In this document: positions 25,639 to 34,355 of the stretch, one piece after another
Numbering within the stretch: the first letter of the stretch is position 1
Layout: every line of letters begins with the position of its first letter
NCBI GenBank assembly: GCA_022560875.1
Contig: JADFSH010000022.1
Span: 1-37,314, forward strand
Length of the DNA: 37,314 nucleotides
DNA from: Planctomycetota bacterium
GTDB lineage: Bacteria > Planctomycetota > Phycisphaerae > Phycisphaerales > SM1A02
Direction: 5' to 3'
Program-made: the position numbers and the translations under genes
Notes under the pieces: model-generated
Databases searched by the model: none
Told to the model about the DNA's origin: nothing
What the model saw: the letters and a program-made list of their open reading frames with translations, nothing else

Positions 25639-27035
25639 GCAAGCGTGTCGCCATCATCGGGGGCGGGCTGGCGGGTATCGCCGCGGCGGTGCGTCTTATT
25701 GAAGCGGACTGTCATCCCATTCTCATCGAAACCAGCAAGCGTCTGGGCGGGCGGGCGACCAGCTTTGTCGATCCCCGTACGGGCGAGATGCTCGACAACT
25801 GCCAGCATGTCCTCATGGGATGCTGCACGAATCTGATCGACTTGTACGAGCGTATCGGCGTGCTTGAGTTCATCAAATGGCACCGTTCGGTCTACTGGAC
25901 GAGCGGACGTGGAGAAATCGACGAGATGAAGGCGGGATGGCTACCCGCGCCGATTCATTTCACCAACTCCATGCGGCGGATGCGTCTCTACTCCCTGGGG
26001 GATAAACGACAGATCGCCCGGGCCATGTGGCGCATCATCCGCCTGGGAAGCAAGGGTCGATTTGCCTGGCGCGATCGGACGTTCGGCGAGTTCCTTCGGG
26101 AATGCCGTCAAAGCGATTCGATCATTCGGCGTTTCTGGAATGCCATCATCGTCAGCGCCTGCAATCTCGATGTCGATCGGGTCGGGGCGGGTTTCGCTCT
26201 CCAGGTTTTTCAGGAGGGGTTTCTCGCCAACAAATGGTCCTACACCATGGGGCTGGCCACCGTTCCTCTCCGTGAACTCTACGAGCCGGTCGTTCAACTC
26301 ATCGTCAAGGGCGGCGGGGAAATCCTGCTCGGCGAATCCGCCCGCGGGATTGCCTACGAAGGCAGCAAAGTCACCGGCGTAGTCTTGGCTGACGGATTAG
26401 TCGAAGCCGCCGATGTGATCTCCGCGCTGCCTTTCGATCGCCTGGACAAGATCATCTCCGATACCATGCGCAAGGCCGACACCCGACTTCAAACGCTCGA
26501 TCGTTTTAAGCACAGCCCTATTCTCGGGGTGCATCTTTTTTTCGATCAGCCGGTCATGGATCTGCCGCATCTGACCGTTGTGGATCATGACATACAGTGG
26601 TTGTTCAATAAGGGCATTCTTGAGGATGGCAGCCAGCACCTTCACATCGTCATAAGCGGGGCTGACGAGTGGATGGACCGTTCCGAGGAGGACATCACGG
26701 AGCGCATCGTCTTCGATATCCACCAGGCGTTGCCCTCATCCGTGGGGCTTGAGCCGGTCAGGGTGCGCATTATCAAGGAGAAGCGGGCGACGTTCGCCCC
26801 GCTGCCGGGTGTTGATCAATTCAGACCCGCAGCCGCACCGGGTACGGTAGGTTTAGGCGGGGGCGGGATCAGGAATTTGTTCCTGGCTGGGGACTGGTGT
26901 GATGTCGGTTGGCCGGCCACCATGGAAGGGGCGGTGCGAAGCGGTTACGCCGCCGCGGAAGCGGCCACCGGTGAAGGCGGCATCGTGGAGAATATCCCCG
27001 TGGCCCCGCTCGCCCGTCTGCTGGGACTTCGATGA
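25635..27035 (+). CDS. hpnE: hydroxysqualene dehydroxylase, FAD-dependent amine-oxidase family (HpnE-like)
   Basis: ORF 25461..27035. Start placed at GTG 25635, which overlaps the hpnD stop (GTGA). It is immediately followed by the Rossmann dinucleotide motif 'RVAIIGGGLAGIAAAVRL'. C-terminal 'LFLAGDWCDVGWPATMEGAVRSG' is the amine-oxidase/phytoene-desaturase C-terminal FAD block. Confidence 0.8.
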   Translation: MSKRVAIIGGGLAGIAAAVRLIEADCHPILIETSKRLGGRATSFVDPRTGEMLDNCQHVLMGCCTNLIDLYERIGVLEFIKWHRSVYWTSGRGEIDEMKAGWLPAPIHFTNSMRRMRLYSLGDKRQIARAMWRIIRLGSKGRFAWRDRTFGEFLRECRQSDSIIRRFWNAIIVSACNLDVDRVGAGFALQVFQEGFLANKWSYTMGLATVPLRELYEPVVQLIVKGGGEILLGESARGIAYEGSKVTGVVLADGLVEAADVISALPFDRLDKIISDTMRKADTRLQTLDRFKHSPILGVHLFFDQPVMDLPHLTVVDHDIQWLFNKGILEDGSQHLHIVISGADEWMDRSEEDITERIVFDIHQALPSSVGLEPVRVRIIKEKRATFAPLPGVDQFRPAAAPGTVGLGGGGIRNLFLAGDWCDVGWPATMEGAVRSGYAAAEAATGEGGIVENIPVAPLARLLGLR

Positions 27036-27042
27036 AGGTTTT

Positions 27043-28479
27043 TCAGGCGACTTTGGCCAGATCACCCAGTTCGTCGGCGCGGCCTTCCAGACGAGCGAAC
27101 GTCTGTAGCGCGCTGTACGCAGCATACTTGTACATCTCGGCCAGGGACGGGTAATTGAAGCAGGTATCGATGAAGTAATCGATCCCCCCGTCATTGGCGA
27201 TCACCGCCTGGGCGATATGCACCAGTTCGGTGGCATTCTCGCCGACGATCGTCGTTCCCAACAGTTTGCGGGTCTCTCGATCGAAAACACACTTGAGGAT
27301 CCCCTGGCTGTCGCCGAGCATCCGTCCCCGGGCGTTGAATTGATATAACGCGCGGCCGACCACCACCGTGTGACCTGCCTCCTTGGCGCTCTCTTCAGTC
27401 AGACCCACACTCGATACGGCGGGAATGGTGTACAGGCCGATGGGCATGTTTTCGGTGAGGTTTTGTTTGAAGGGGTTGTTGAACATGCGGCAGGCGGCAA
27501 TGCGACCCTGCTCCATCGAAGTCGAGGCCAGGGCCGGGAAACCAATCACATCACCCGCCGCATAGATCGACTCGATATTTGTCCGGTAGTTCTCATCCAC
27601 GATAACCAAACCGCGATTTCCCAACTCGACGCCGACTTCCTCCAGACCGAGGTTGTGCGTGTTGCTCGTGCGTCCCGCGGCCCAGAGCAGCGTTTCGGCT
27701 TCAAGCAGCGAACCCTTTTCCAGTTCGACCCGAATCAGGCCGTCATCCTGCGGCACAACGGATTTCACGGAATCGCCCAGCTTGAATTTCACCTCGCTCT
27801 TTTGCATGGCGATCAGGAGGTGATCCCGACACTCGACATCCAGGAAGGTGAGTACCTCGCAGTGGGGATTGATCAGGGTGACCTCGACATCGATCTCGGC
27901 AAAGACGGAGGCGTATTCGCAGCCGATCACCCCCGCCCCCACGATGATCATGGACTTCGGGATGCTCTCAAGCTCCAGCACGCCGTCCGCATCGACCACT
28001 CCTGGATGATCGAAGGGAATATGGTCGGGGCGCAGGGGGGACGATCCGGTGGTGATGAGAATGTTGTCCGCATGGATCTTGGTTGTTATTCCGTCTACGC
28101 CGGTGATGACGATGGTGTTGGGGTCGGTGATCTTGCCAATGCCGCGGAAGACTTCGATGCCGTGACGATCGACGGACGATTCGATGCGATCATGCTCCTG
28201 CTGCTCCATGAGGTGTCGGCGGGCCATGAACTTGGCCAGGGAAAGCTTGTGATCGATCGCGAAGTCCATACCGGGCAGCGGACGGCGTTTGAAGGCCGAG
28301 CAAAGGAGGGCGGTTTCGCGCAATGTCTTGGACGGCAAGGTGCCCGTGTTGACCATCGCCCCCCCGGGTCGGGAATGCTTTTCCACGATGGCGACCCGCT
28401 TCCGATAATAGGAAGCCTGGGTCGCGGCCTTCTCCCCGGCCGGCCCGCACCCAAGACAGATGAGATCAAAACGCTTCAT
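27043..28479 (-). CDS. sthA: soluble pyridine nucleotide transhydrogenase / class-I pyridine nucleotide-disulfide oxidoreductase lacking the redox disulfide (SthA-like)
   Basis: ORF 27043..28578. Start ATG 28479 'MKRFDLICLGCGPAGEKAA' (FAD GxGxxG). 'GGAMVNTGTLPSKTL' occupies the position where lipoamide dehydrogenases carry CxxxxC; it has no Cys, as in SthA. A second Rossmann 'MIIVGAGVIGCEYASVF'. Conserved C-terminal dimerisation domain with HPS-type motif 'FNYPSLAEM'. Confidence 0.78.
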   Translation of the reverse strand: MKRFDLICLGCGPAGEKAATQASYYRKRVAIVEKHSRPGGAMVNTGTLPSKTLRETALLCSAFKRRPLPGMDFAIDHKLSLAKFMARRHLMEQQEHDRIESSVDRHGIEVFRGIGKITDPNTIVITGVDGITTKIHADNILITTGSSPLRPDHIPFDHPGVVDADGVLELESIPKSMIIVGAGVIGCEYASVFAEIDVEVTLINPHCEVLTFLDVECRDHLLIAMQKSEVKFKLGDSVKSVVPQDDGLIRVELEKGSLLEAETLLWAAGRTSNTHNLGLEEVGVELGNRGLVIVDENYRTNIESIYAAGDVIGFPALASTSMEQGRIAACRMFNNPFKQNLTENMPIGLYTIPAVSSVGLTEESAKEAGHTVVVGRALYQFNARGRMLGDSQGILKCVFDRETRKLLGTTIVGENATELVHIAQAVIANDGGIDYFIDTCFNYPSLAEMYKYAAYSALQTFARLEGRADELGDLAKVA

Positions 28480-28642
28480 ACCCGGCTTATCGAACCGGCG
28501 GGGAGGGTGATTTACCATCGACCTGAAGATTCGATTCGTTATCGGCAAGGAAACTGCCTGCAGCGCATAACCCGTCATAGCAACCCTGGCGGACGGTTAT
28601 TATAGATTCGACCCGGAGCTTAAAGATTCACGAAGAAATTTC

Positions 28643-28671
28643 TTGACGATGCGCCGGGATCAGGAATAATC
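28643..28671 (+). promoter_or_regulatory. possible sigma70-like promoter (TTGACG-N17-ATAATC) in the 313-nt sthA/small-ORF intergenic region
   Basis: Seen directly: tcTTGACGatgcgccgggatcaggaATAATCc. About 215 nt upstream of the + strand ORF at 28892. Speculative, because promoter consensus in this lineage is not established. Confidence 0.25.
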
Positions 28672-28891
28672 CTCCTTCACGTCCTATTGGAGATCAACAT
28701 GCGATTCATTCCGCACCAATTCAGCATGATGCCTTGCTCGGTGAACCCGAGTTCGGACAGGCTGCGCGATCTCCCTTCTGCGGACGGTTGATTCCGTTTC
28801 AAGCCATTGGTTCATTTGTAGGTATTACCGCCGAAGGCGGTTGACTGCGCGCTGGCCTCGTAACGGGGCGCATTTTTGAGTGGGGTTTGCC

Positions 28892-29266
28892 ATGAGCAGG
28901 AAAGAAAAAGACATCTCGATCATCTCGACCCTCGCGCCGGAAGACATCCAGCCCGGAATGTTCATTGCCGTGCACAAGATCACGGAGGAACACTTGCCGT
29001 ACTCATGCTTCGAGGATCGTTCTCTGTCAGATCATGAAAAGCCTTTGCGTATGACCTGGCTGCCGGACAACTCAGGCGTGCCCTATAAGGTAAAGTCCGT
29101 GTGCATTCCGTATGTCTATGCAACCACCGCCATCGGGAAGCCGCGAATCTTCGACCTGCGCCGCCATCGCCTCGTCCGGCTGGATCCGGAGTTTGGGCGC
29201 ATGGTCTGGCAGGGCTTGAAGAAGGCCTGCAAAGTAAAAAAGAAGAAGAGCAAGGACGATGATTGA
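28892..29266 (+). CDS. small hypothetical protein with Lys-rich C-terminal tail
   Basis: ORF 28880..29266; ATG 28892 (MSRKEKDISII...). No recognisable family. Ends in 'KKACKVKKKKSKDDD'. A strong intrinsic terminator follows 30 nt downstream, which supports it being a real transcription unit. Confidence 0.45.
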   Translation: MSRKEKDISIISTLAPEDIQPGMFIAVHKITEEHLPYSCFEDRSLSDHEKPLRMTWLPDNSGVPYKVKSVCIPYVYATTAIGKPRIFDLRRHRLVRLDPEFGRMVWQGLKKACKVKKKKSKDDD

Positions 29267-29295
29267 GGTTCGTCTTCGCTCGGATCGGACACCAG

Positions 29296-29325
29296 GCCCG
29301 GAGATCACCATCTCCGGGCTTTTTC
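29296..29325 (+). terminator. rho-independent terminator: GCCCGGAGAT-cacc-ATCTCCGGGC followed by TTTTTC
   Basis: Perfect 10-bp GC-rich stem, 4-nt loop and T5 tract seen directly. Oriented for the + strand small gene (on the minus strand the hairpin is followed by no U-run). Confidence 0.75.
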
Positions 29326-29342
29326 AAATGTAGCTTGTGTAC

Positions 29343-30548
29343 TTACAGATTCCCGCGTCGTTCCTGTTCATGTTCCAGCGACTCGAACAGGGCCTTGAAG
29401 TTGCCCTTGCCGAAGCTCTGGCTGCCGCGACGACAGATGATCTCGAAGAACAGCGTGGGACGATCCTGCAGGGGGCGGGTGAAGAGTTGGAGCAGGTACC
29501 CCTCATCGTCGGCATCCACGAGGATGCCCAATTCCCTGATCCGCTCGTGATCTTCCTTCACCGCTTCGTGACCGTTTTCGAGGAGGGTCTTGTTCACCCG
29601 TTCCCATACTTTTTCGTAATACGATTCGGGGATTTGCAGAAAATCCACGCCCCGATGATTGAGCTCCGCCACCGAGGTGAGTTCATCATCAGTGCGGAAG
29701 GCAAGATGCTGGATGCCCGGGGTCATGTCGTGCCATTCGAGATATTCCAGGATCTGGCTCTTGCGTTTGCCTTCGGCGGGCTCGTTGATGGGCATCTTGA
29801 TCACGCCGAAGCCGGAGTCCAGGACCTTGGACATGAGGGCGGAATACTCGGTGGAGATGTCCTTGTCGTCGAAGTGCTTGAAGAGCTTGAACTCCATGAC
29901 GTTCTCGTACCACTCGACCCAGTGGTTCATCTTGCCCATTTCGACGTTGGCGACGCAGTGATCGACGTACTTCAGGCCGCAGGGGTTGGCCTTGTTGTAT
30001 TCGTTGATAGTCAAGTTCGGCGAAAGCTGAAAAATCGGGCTGATGCGTCCGCCTTTCTTGACCTCCGGCAGGGCATAACCCCCGCTTCGCGACACAAAGC
30101 TATGGATGCAGCGACCGTAGGTCTTGATGCTGGCCTTGATGACCGTGCCATGCTCATCGGAATACGTGGTCGGCTCCAGGGCGGACTCGGCACCGTTGGC
30201 GATGGTCTTCTCGTAGGTCTTCTCGGCATCAAAGACGGTAAAGGCGATGTCCTTCACGCCGTCGCCGTGCTTCATGACCTCCTCGGACGCGGGGTGATCC
30301 TTGGAGAGCCCGGTGGTGAGAATGAGCCGGATATTCCCCTGGGTGAGCAGGTAGCTCGCCTCCTCCCGCGATCCCGTGGTGAGATCGGCGTACTGCTGGA
30401 TCTGGAACCCGAAGGTGTTGGCGTAGAAATACGCCGCCTGCTTGGCGTTGCCTACGTAAAAGCGAACGTGATCGACGTCGATCAGACGCAGGGGGTCGGT
30501 CGAGGTTCCCGTCTGGGAAAGCGATGATGGTGTGCTCGCGGTGGTCAT
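29343..30548 (-). CDS. hppD: 4-hydroxyphenylpyruvate dioxygenase
   Basis: 401 aa. Two VOC/glyoxalase-fold modules. '[11 protein letters not shown]' (metal His). '[22 protein letters not shown]...[25 protein letters not shown]' is the highly conserved HPPD C-terminal block (GFGxGNFxALFEsIEreQ). The + strand 396-aa ORF 29337..30527 is its shadow. Confidence 0.9.
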   Translation of the reverse strand: [401 protein letters not shown]

Positions 30549-30799
30549 GCGAGATTCCTCCTTGTTCCGTCGTCAGATAGGCACGCCATCTCGAAACCCG
30601 GAAGTGCGGCGTTCAGCCCCATCATAGAACCAAAAATCAACTTCCGCTCTGACAAAAAGAAGATCCATTCCCGGGCAAAAAAATCGTATTTCCGTGGTGG
30701 ATTGAGCTTCACAATCGCAAAAGACGTGTCATACTTCAGCAGAGTGTCCGGGTGATGACACCGGGCAGTTTCACGGGTTCGCAACGGGAGAAATATGCC

Positions 30800-32248
30800 A
30801 TGAAGATCCAATTCGCAACGAGTGCTTTGGGGTGGTTGCTTTGCAGTCTTGCTCAGGCAGACATCATCAACGTCCCCGGCGACCAGCCGGACATCCAGAC
30901 GGCGATCAATGTGGCGGTAAATGGTGATGAGATCCTCGTCGCCCCCGGCACGTACCTCGAGAACATCAACTTCAAAGGCAAGGCGATCACCGTTCGCACT
31001 CATGATCCGAGCAATCGCTGGAATACGATCATTGACGGGGGCGGATCCGGGAGTGTCGTTACGTGCAGCAGAGAAGAGGGACCGGATACAGTCCTGACCG
31101 GCTTTACCATCACTGGAGGAAGCGGGACGGTTGTTGATATTCTGTCACTTGGCGGTGGGATGTATAACGTCAACAGCAACCCGACGGTGACAAACTGCAA
31201 CTTCTATAGGAATGCCGCCAACTACGGAGGGGGAATGTACAACGAAAACAGCAGTCCAGCGGTAACCAACTGCAGGTTCCTCGAAAACCTGGTGTCAGAG
31301 GGGGGACAGGCCCTCACCTTTGGAAGCGGGATGTTTAATAATAACAGCAGCCCAGTTGTAACGACCTGCTGGTTCGACATGAACACTGCTCACTTCGGGA
31401 GCGGGATGTATAATTTCGGCGGCAGTCCGGAACTCACTAAGTGTTTTTTCACATGGAACACGGCTCTCAATCAAGGCGGCGGGTTGTACAACAACCAATG
31501 TGACGTGAAGATGAAGCACTGCAGATTCGAGCTGAATACGGCCAACGACGGCGGCGGGATGTATAATCTGGGCGGCAATCCGATATTGACCGGTTGTCAG
31601 TTCGCACTGAACACGGCTCTCTTCCAGGGTGGCGGGTTGTACAATGGCAACGGTGATCCGAAGATAACTAACTGCACGATCACCGTGAATATAGCTGGCA
31701 ACGATGGCGGCGGGATATTCAACACATCGGGTGGAAATCCGGTCATTACCAACAGCATCCTGTGGAGAGATAGTCCGGATGAAATCTTGGACAGTGTAAT
31801 TGGATCGACCGTAGTCACTTACAGCGATGTTCAGGGTGGTTACCTCGGAATCGGAAACATCGATGCCGACCCGAATTTCATCGTTTTCATCGAATTCAAT
31901 TACCGGCTTCGTCCTGGTTCTCCCTGCATCGACGCCGGAAACAGCAGCGCGGTGCCGGCGGGGCTGACCACCGATATGGATGGCAAACCTCGTTTTGTGA
32001 ATGATCCATTTACGCCGGACACAGGCAATGGTCCAGCACCGATTGTGGACATGGGGCTGTACGAGTTCATTCCGTCGTGTACTGTTGATGCGAATAGCGA
32101 TGGAGTCGTGAATGTGACCGACCTGCTCCTGCTCCTTGGATCATGGGGAGCCTGTCCGTTTCCATGCCCGACCGATGCGAACGGCGATGGCATCGTCAAT
32201 GTCTTCGACCTCCTGACCTTGCTCGCCGGGTGGGGATTGTGTTTGTAG
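30800..32248 (+). CDS. secreted right-handed parallel beta-helix repeat protein with Pmp-like (GGG[MIL]..FxxN) repeats and two C-terminal dockerin-type Ca-binding modules
   Basis: ORF 30752..32248. ATG 30800 gives the signal peptide 'MKIQFATSALGWLLCSLAQA'. 'IINVPGDQPDIQTAINVAVNGDEILVAPGTY' is the canonical N-terminus of PbH1/NosD-like beta-helix proteins. Then ~8 imperfect ~23-25-aa repeats ('YGGGMYNENSSPAVTNCRFLEN', 'GGGLYNGNGDPKITNCTITVN' and so on). 'SPCIDAGN' near the end. C-terminal 'DANSDGVVNVTDLLLLLGSWG...DANGDGIVNVFDLLTLLAGWG' are two type-I dockerin repeats. Confidence 0.8.
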   Translation: MKIQFATSALGWLLCSLAQADIINVPGDQPDIQTAINVAVNGDEILVAPGTYLENINFKGKAITVRTHDPSNRWNTIIDGGGSGSVVTCSREEGPDTVLTGFTITGGSGTVVDILSLGGGMYNVNSNPTVTNCNFYRNAANYGGGMYNENSSPAVTNCRFLENLVSEGGQALTFGSGMFNNNSSPVVTTCWFDMNTAHFGSGMYNFGGSPELTKCFFTWNTALNQGGGLYNNQCDVKMKHCRFELNTANDGGGMYNLGGNPILTGCQFALNTALFQGGGLYNGNGDPKITNCTITVNIAGNDGGGIFNTSGGNPVITNSILWRDSPDEILDSVIGSTVVTYSDVQGGYLGIGNIDADPNFIVFIEFNYRLRPGSPCIDAGNSSAVPAGLTTDMDGKPRFVNDPFTPDTGNGPAPIVDMGLYEFIPSCTVDANSDGVVNVTDLLLLLGSWGACPFPCPTDANGDGIVNVFDLLTLLAGWGLCL

Positions 32249-32282
32249 CGTACCGGTATTGCGAGCCGCATCGTCACCTAGC

Positions 32283-32297
32283 CCCGAGAGGCTCATT
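32283..32297 (+). repeat. copy 1 (short form) of the conserved 3'-flank motif CCCCGAGAGGCTCAT, 35 nt after the stop of Pmp-like gene 1
   Basis: Seen directly. Shares the 13-14-nt core with the motifs at 33769..33796 and 34356..34383. Confidence 0.5.
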
Positions 32298-32426
32298 TTG
32301 GGAGGGAGGAGGTGGTCTGACCTGTAATTTGGGCATTGATGTCGCGAAAGGCGGGTTATACTTGAACCAGAGGCCCGGTGATGGAGCCGGGGCAAGTTTA
32401 CGGGATAGCAACGGGAGATAGATATC

Positions 32427-33746
32427 ATGAAAATCCATTTCGCATCGTGTGCCTTGGTATGGCTGTTTTGCTGCTCCGCTCAGGCTGCCATCATCAACGT
32501 CCCCGGTGACCAGCCGGACATCCAGACCGCGATCAATGTGGCGGTGAACGGCGATGAGATCATCGTCGCTCAGGGTGAATATTTCGAGAACATCAACTTT
32601 AACGGCAAGGCGATCACCGTTCGGAGTACGGACCCGAACGACGCATTCGTGGTGCTGAACACGATCATCAACGGGGGCGGGTCGGGGAGCGTCGTTACCT
32701 GCTCTACCAGCGAAGGGCCGGGCTCCGTCCTCAGCGGTTTCGTCATCACGGGAGGGAGCGGGACGGTCTCTGGCCCAATTACACTTGGCGGCGGAATGTA
32801 CATCCTCAACAGCAGTCCGACGGTGAAAAATTGCTCTTTCAGTGGGAACTTTGTAGGCAGCTTCGGCGGCGGGGGGATGTACAACGAAAACAGCAGCCCA
32901 ACGGTGACCAACTGCACGTTCAGCGGGAACTCAGGCAATTCCGGCGGCGGGATGCTCAACAACAACAGCAGCCCGACAATGACCAACTGCTTGTTCAGTG
33001 GGAACACGGCCAGGAGCGGCGGCGGGATATTCAACACCACTAGCAGCCCGACCGTCGTGAACTGCTCGTTCAGCGGGAACTCGACTTCGGGGAGTCAGTC
33101 AAGAGGCGGCGGGATGTACAACGAAGGGAACGGCAACACGACGGTAACCAACTGCTCGTTCAGCGGGAACTCGGCCATAAGCGGCGGGGGAATTTACAGC
33201 ACCAGTATCAGGCTGGACGTGATCAACTGCATCCTGTGGGGGGATAGTTCAACTGAGATCATTATTAACCTGCTAGCATCCACCGTCACCTACAGCAACG
33301 TCCAGGGCGGCTTCCCCGGTCTCGGCAACATCGATGCCGATCCTTTCTTTGCCGACCCGCTGGGCCCCGACGGAACGGCGGGTACGGATGATGACGATCT
33401 GCGGCTCGTCGCCGGATCTCCCTGCATCGACGCCGGAAACAACGGTGCCGTGCCGGTGGGCGTGACCACCGACCTCGATGGCAATCCACGCTTCCTTGAC
33501 GATCCGAACACGCCGGACACGGGGGCCGGTGCCGCGCCGTTGGTGGACATGGGGGCGTACGAATTCGATCCTTCGTGTCCGGCCGATGCGAGCGGCGATG
33601 GTTTCGTGAATGTGACCGACCTGCTCCTGCTCCTTGGAGCATGGGGTTCCTGTCCGGCTCCCTGCCCCCCCGACATCAACAACGACGGCAATGTTAATGT
33701 CACCGACCTCCTCACCCTACTCGCAGGGTGGGGAGCGTGCCCATAG
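32427..33746 (+). CDS. tandem paralogue of the preceding gene: secreted parallel beta-helix Pmp-like repeat protein with twin C-terminal dockerin modules
   Basis: Signal peptide 'MKIHFASCALVWLFCCSAQA'. The N-terminal ~60 codons are near-identical at DNA level to 30800+ (including ~20 nt of 5' leader 'gcaacgggaga.atat.catg'). Repeats 'GGGMYNENSSPTVTNCTFSGNS', 'GGGMLNNNSSPTMTNCLFSGNT', 'GGGIFNTTSSPTVVNCSFSGNS'. C-terminal 'DASGDGFVNVTDLLLLLGAWG...DINNDGNVNVTDLLTLLAGWG'. Confidence 0.8.
   Translation: MKIHFASCALVWLFCCSAQAAIINVPGDQPDIQTAINVAVNGDEIIVAQGEYFENINFNGKAITVRSTDPNDAFVVLNTIINGGGSGSVVTCSTSEGPGSVLSGFVITGGSGTVSGPITLGGGMYILNSSPTVKNCSFSGNFVGSFGGGGMYNENSSPTVTNCTFSGNSGNSGGGMLNNNSSPTMTNCLFSGNTARSGGGIFNTTSSPTVVNCSFSGNSTSGSQSRGGGMYNEGNGNTTVTNCSFSGNSAISGGGIYSTSIRLDVINCILWGDSSTEIIINLLASTVTYSNVQGGFPGLGNIDADPFFADPLGPDGTAGTDDDDLRLVAGSPCIDAGNNGAVPVGVTTDLDGNPRFLDDPNTPDTGAGAAPLVDMGAYEFDPSCPADASGDGFVNVTDLLLLLGAWGSCPAPCPPDINNDGNVNVTDLLTLLAGWGACP
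32790..33200 (+). repeat. intragenic imperfect tandem repeats (~75 nt / ~25 aa units, 5-6 copies) encoding the GGG[MI]xN...NC[ST]FSGN beta-helix rungs
   Basis: Seen directly: recurring 'aactgc.cgttcagcgggaactc...ggcggcgggat..' nucleotide units. Each corresponds to one beta-helix coil. Confidence 0.7.
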
Positions 33747-33768
33747 CACAAGCCGGTTCGTCAGTCTG

Positions 33769-33796
33769 CCCGGAACAATTCCCGAGAGGCTCATCG
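33769..33796 (+). repeat. copy 2 of the conserved 3'-flank motif: cccggaacaaTtcccgagaggctcaTcg, 23 nt after the stop of Pmp-like gene 2
   Basis: Seen directly. 26/28 identical to 34356..34383. Confidence 0.55.
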
Positions 33797-33916
33797 CGGG
33801 GAGCCGCCCCCGGTGATTGTGCAACTCCGGGCGTGACTACAAATGCGGTTGTGATGACCACTTATGGTCGCGGCGAGGCATAGACTGTTGGCGGAGAGCC
33901 CGATGAGGAGAACCGA

Positions 33917-34309
33917 ATGGCCACCAAAGCTCACAATGTTCTCGGAACGCCGCTTAAATGTTGCTGCACCAGCCCGATGACCGGGTTCTACCGCAACGGG
34001 CGGTGCGCGACGGGGCCGGAAGATTACGGACTCCACATCATCTGCGCCGAGATGACGGCGGAGTTTCTGGAGTTCACCAAGTCCGGAGGCAACGATCTCT
34101 CAACCGCGACGCCCGATATGGGATTTCCGGGGCTTCGGCCCGGTGATCGCTGGTGCCTCTGTATCGAACGCTGGCGCGAGGCGCTTGATGCAGGTGTCGC
34201 GCCGCCGGTGGTGCTGGAGGCAACGCACATTTCGGCGATTGAATTCGTGAGCCTGGACGATCTTCAGCGGCACGCGGTGCCCTCCGGCGACAAGCCCGAC
34301 ACATTGTGA
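33917..34309 (+). CDS. DUF2237-family small Cys-rich protein (conserved hypothetical)
   Basis: 130 aa. GAGGAG RBS. 'NVLGTPLKCCCTSPMTGFYRNGRCATGPEDYGLHIICAEMTAEFLEFTKSGGNDLSTATPDMGFPGLRPGDRWCLCIERWREALDAG' matches my recollection of the DUF2237 consensus (NVLGxxLxxCCxxPmTGfyRdGxCxTGpeDxGxHtvCaxmTxeFLxFsxxxGNDLSTPxPexgFPGLkpGDrWCLCaxRWxEA). Confidence 0.75.
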   Translation: MATKAHNVLGTPLKCCCTSPMTGFYRNGRCATGPEDYGLHIICAEMTAEFLEFTKSGGNDLSTATPDMGFPGLRPGDRWCLCIERWREALDAGVAPPVVLEATHISAIEFVSLDDLQRHAVPSGDKPDTL

Positions 34310-34355
34310 GGTAGGAAGTCGCACCGGCACGCGCCGCCCCATCGTGGTCCGTGGA

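Noticed and set aside
30752-30799. N-terminal extension of Pmp-like gene 1 (MMTPGSFTGSQREKYA...)
   Set aside because: The signal peptide begins at ATG 30800. The paralogue at 32427 starts at the equivalent Met, and both share the same leader/RBS sequence just upstream.
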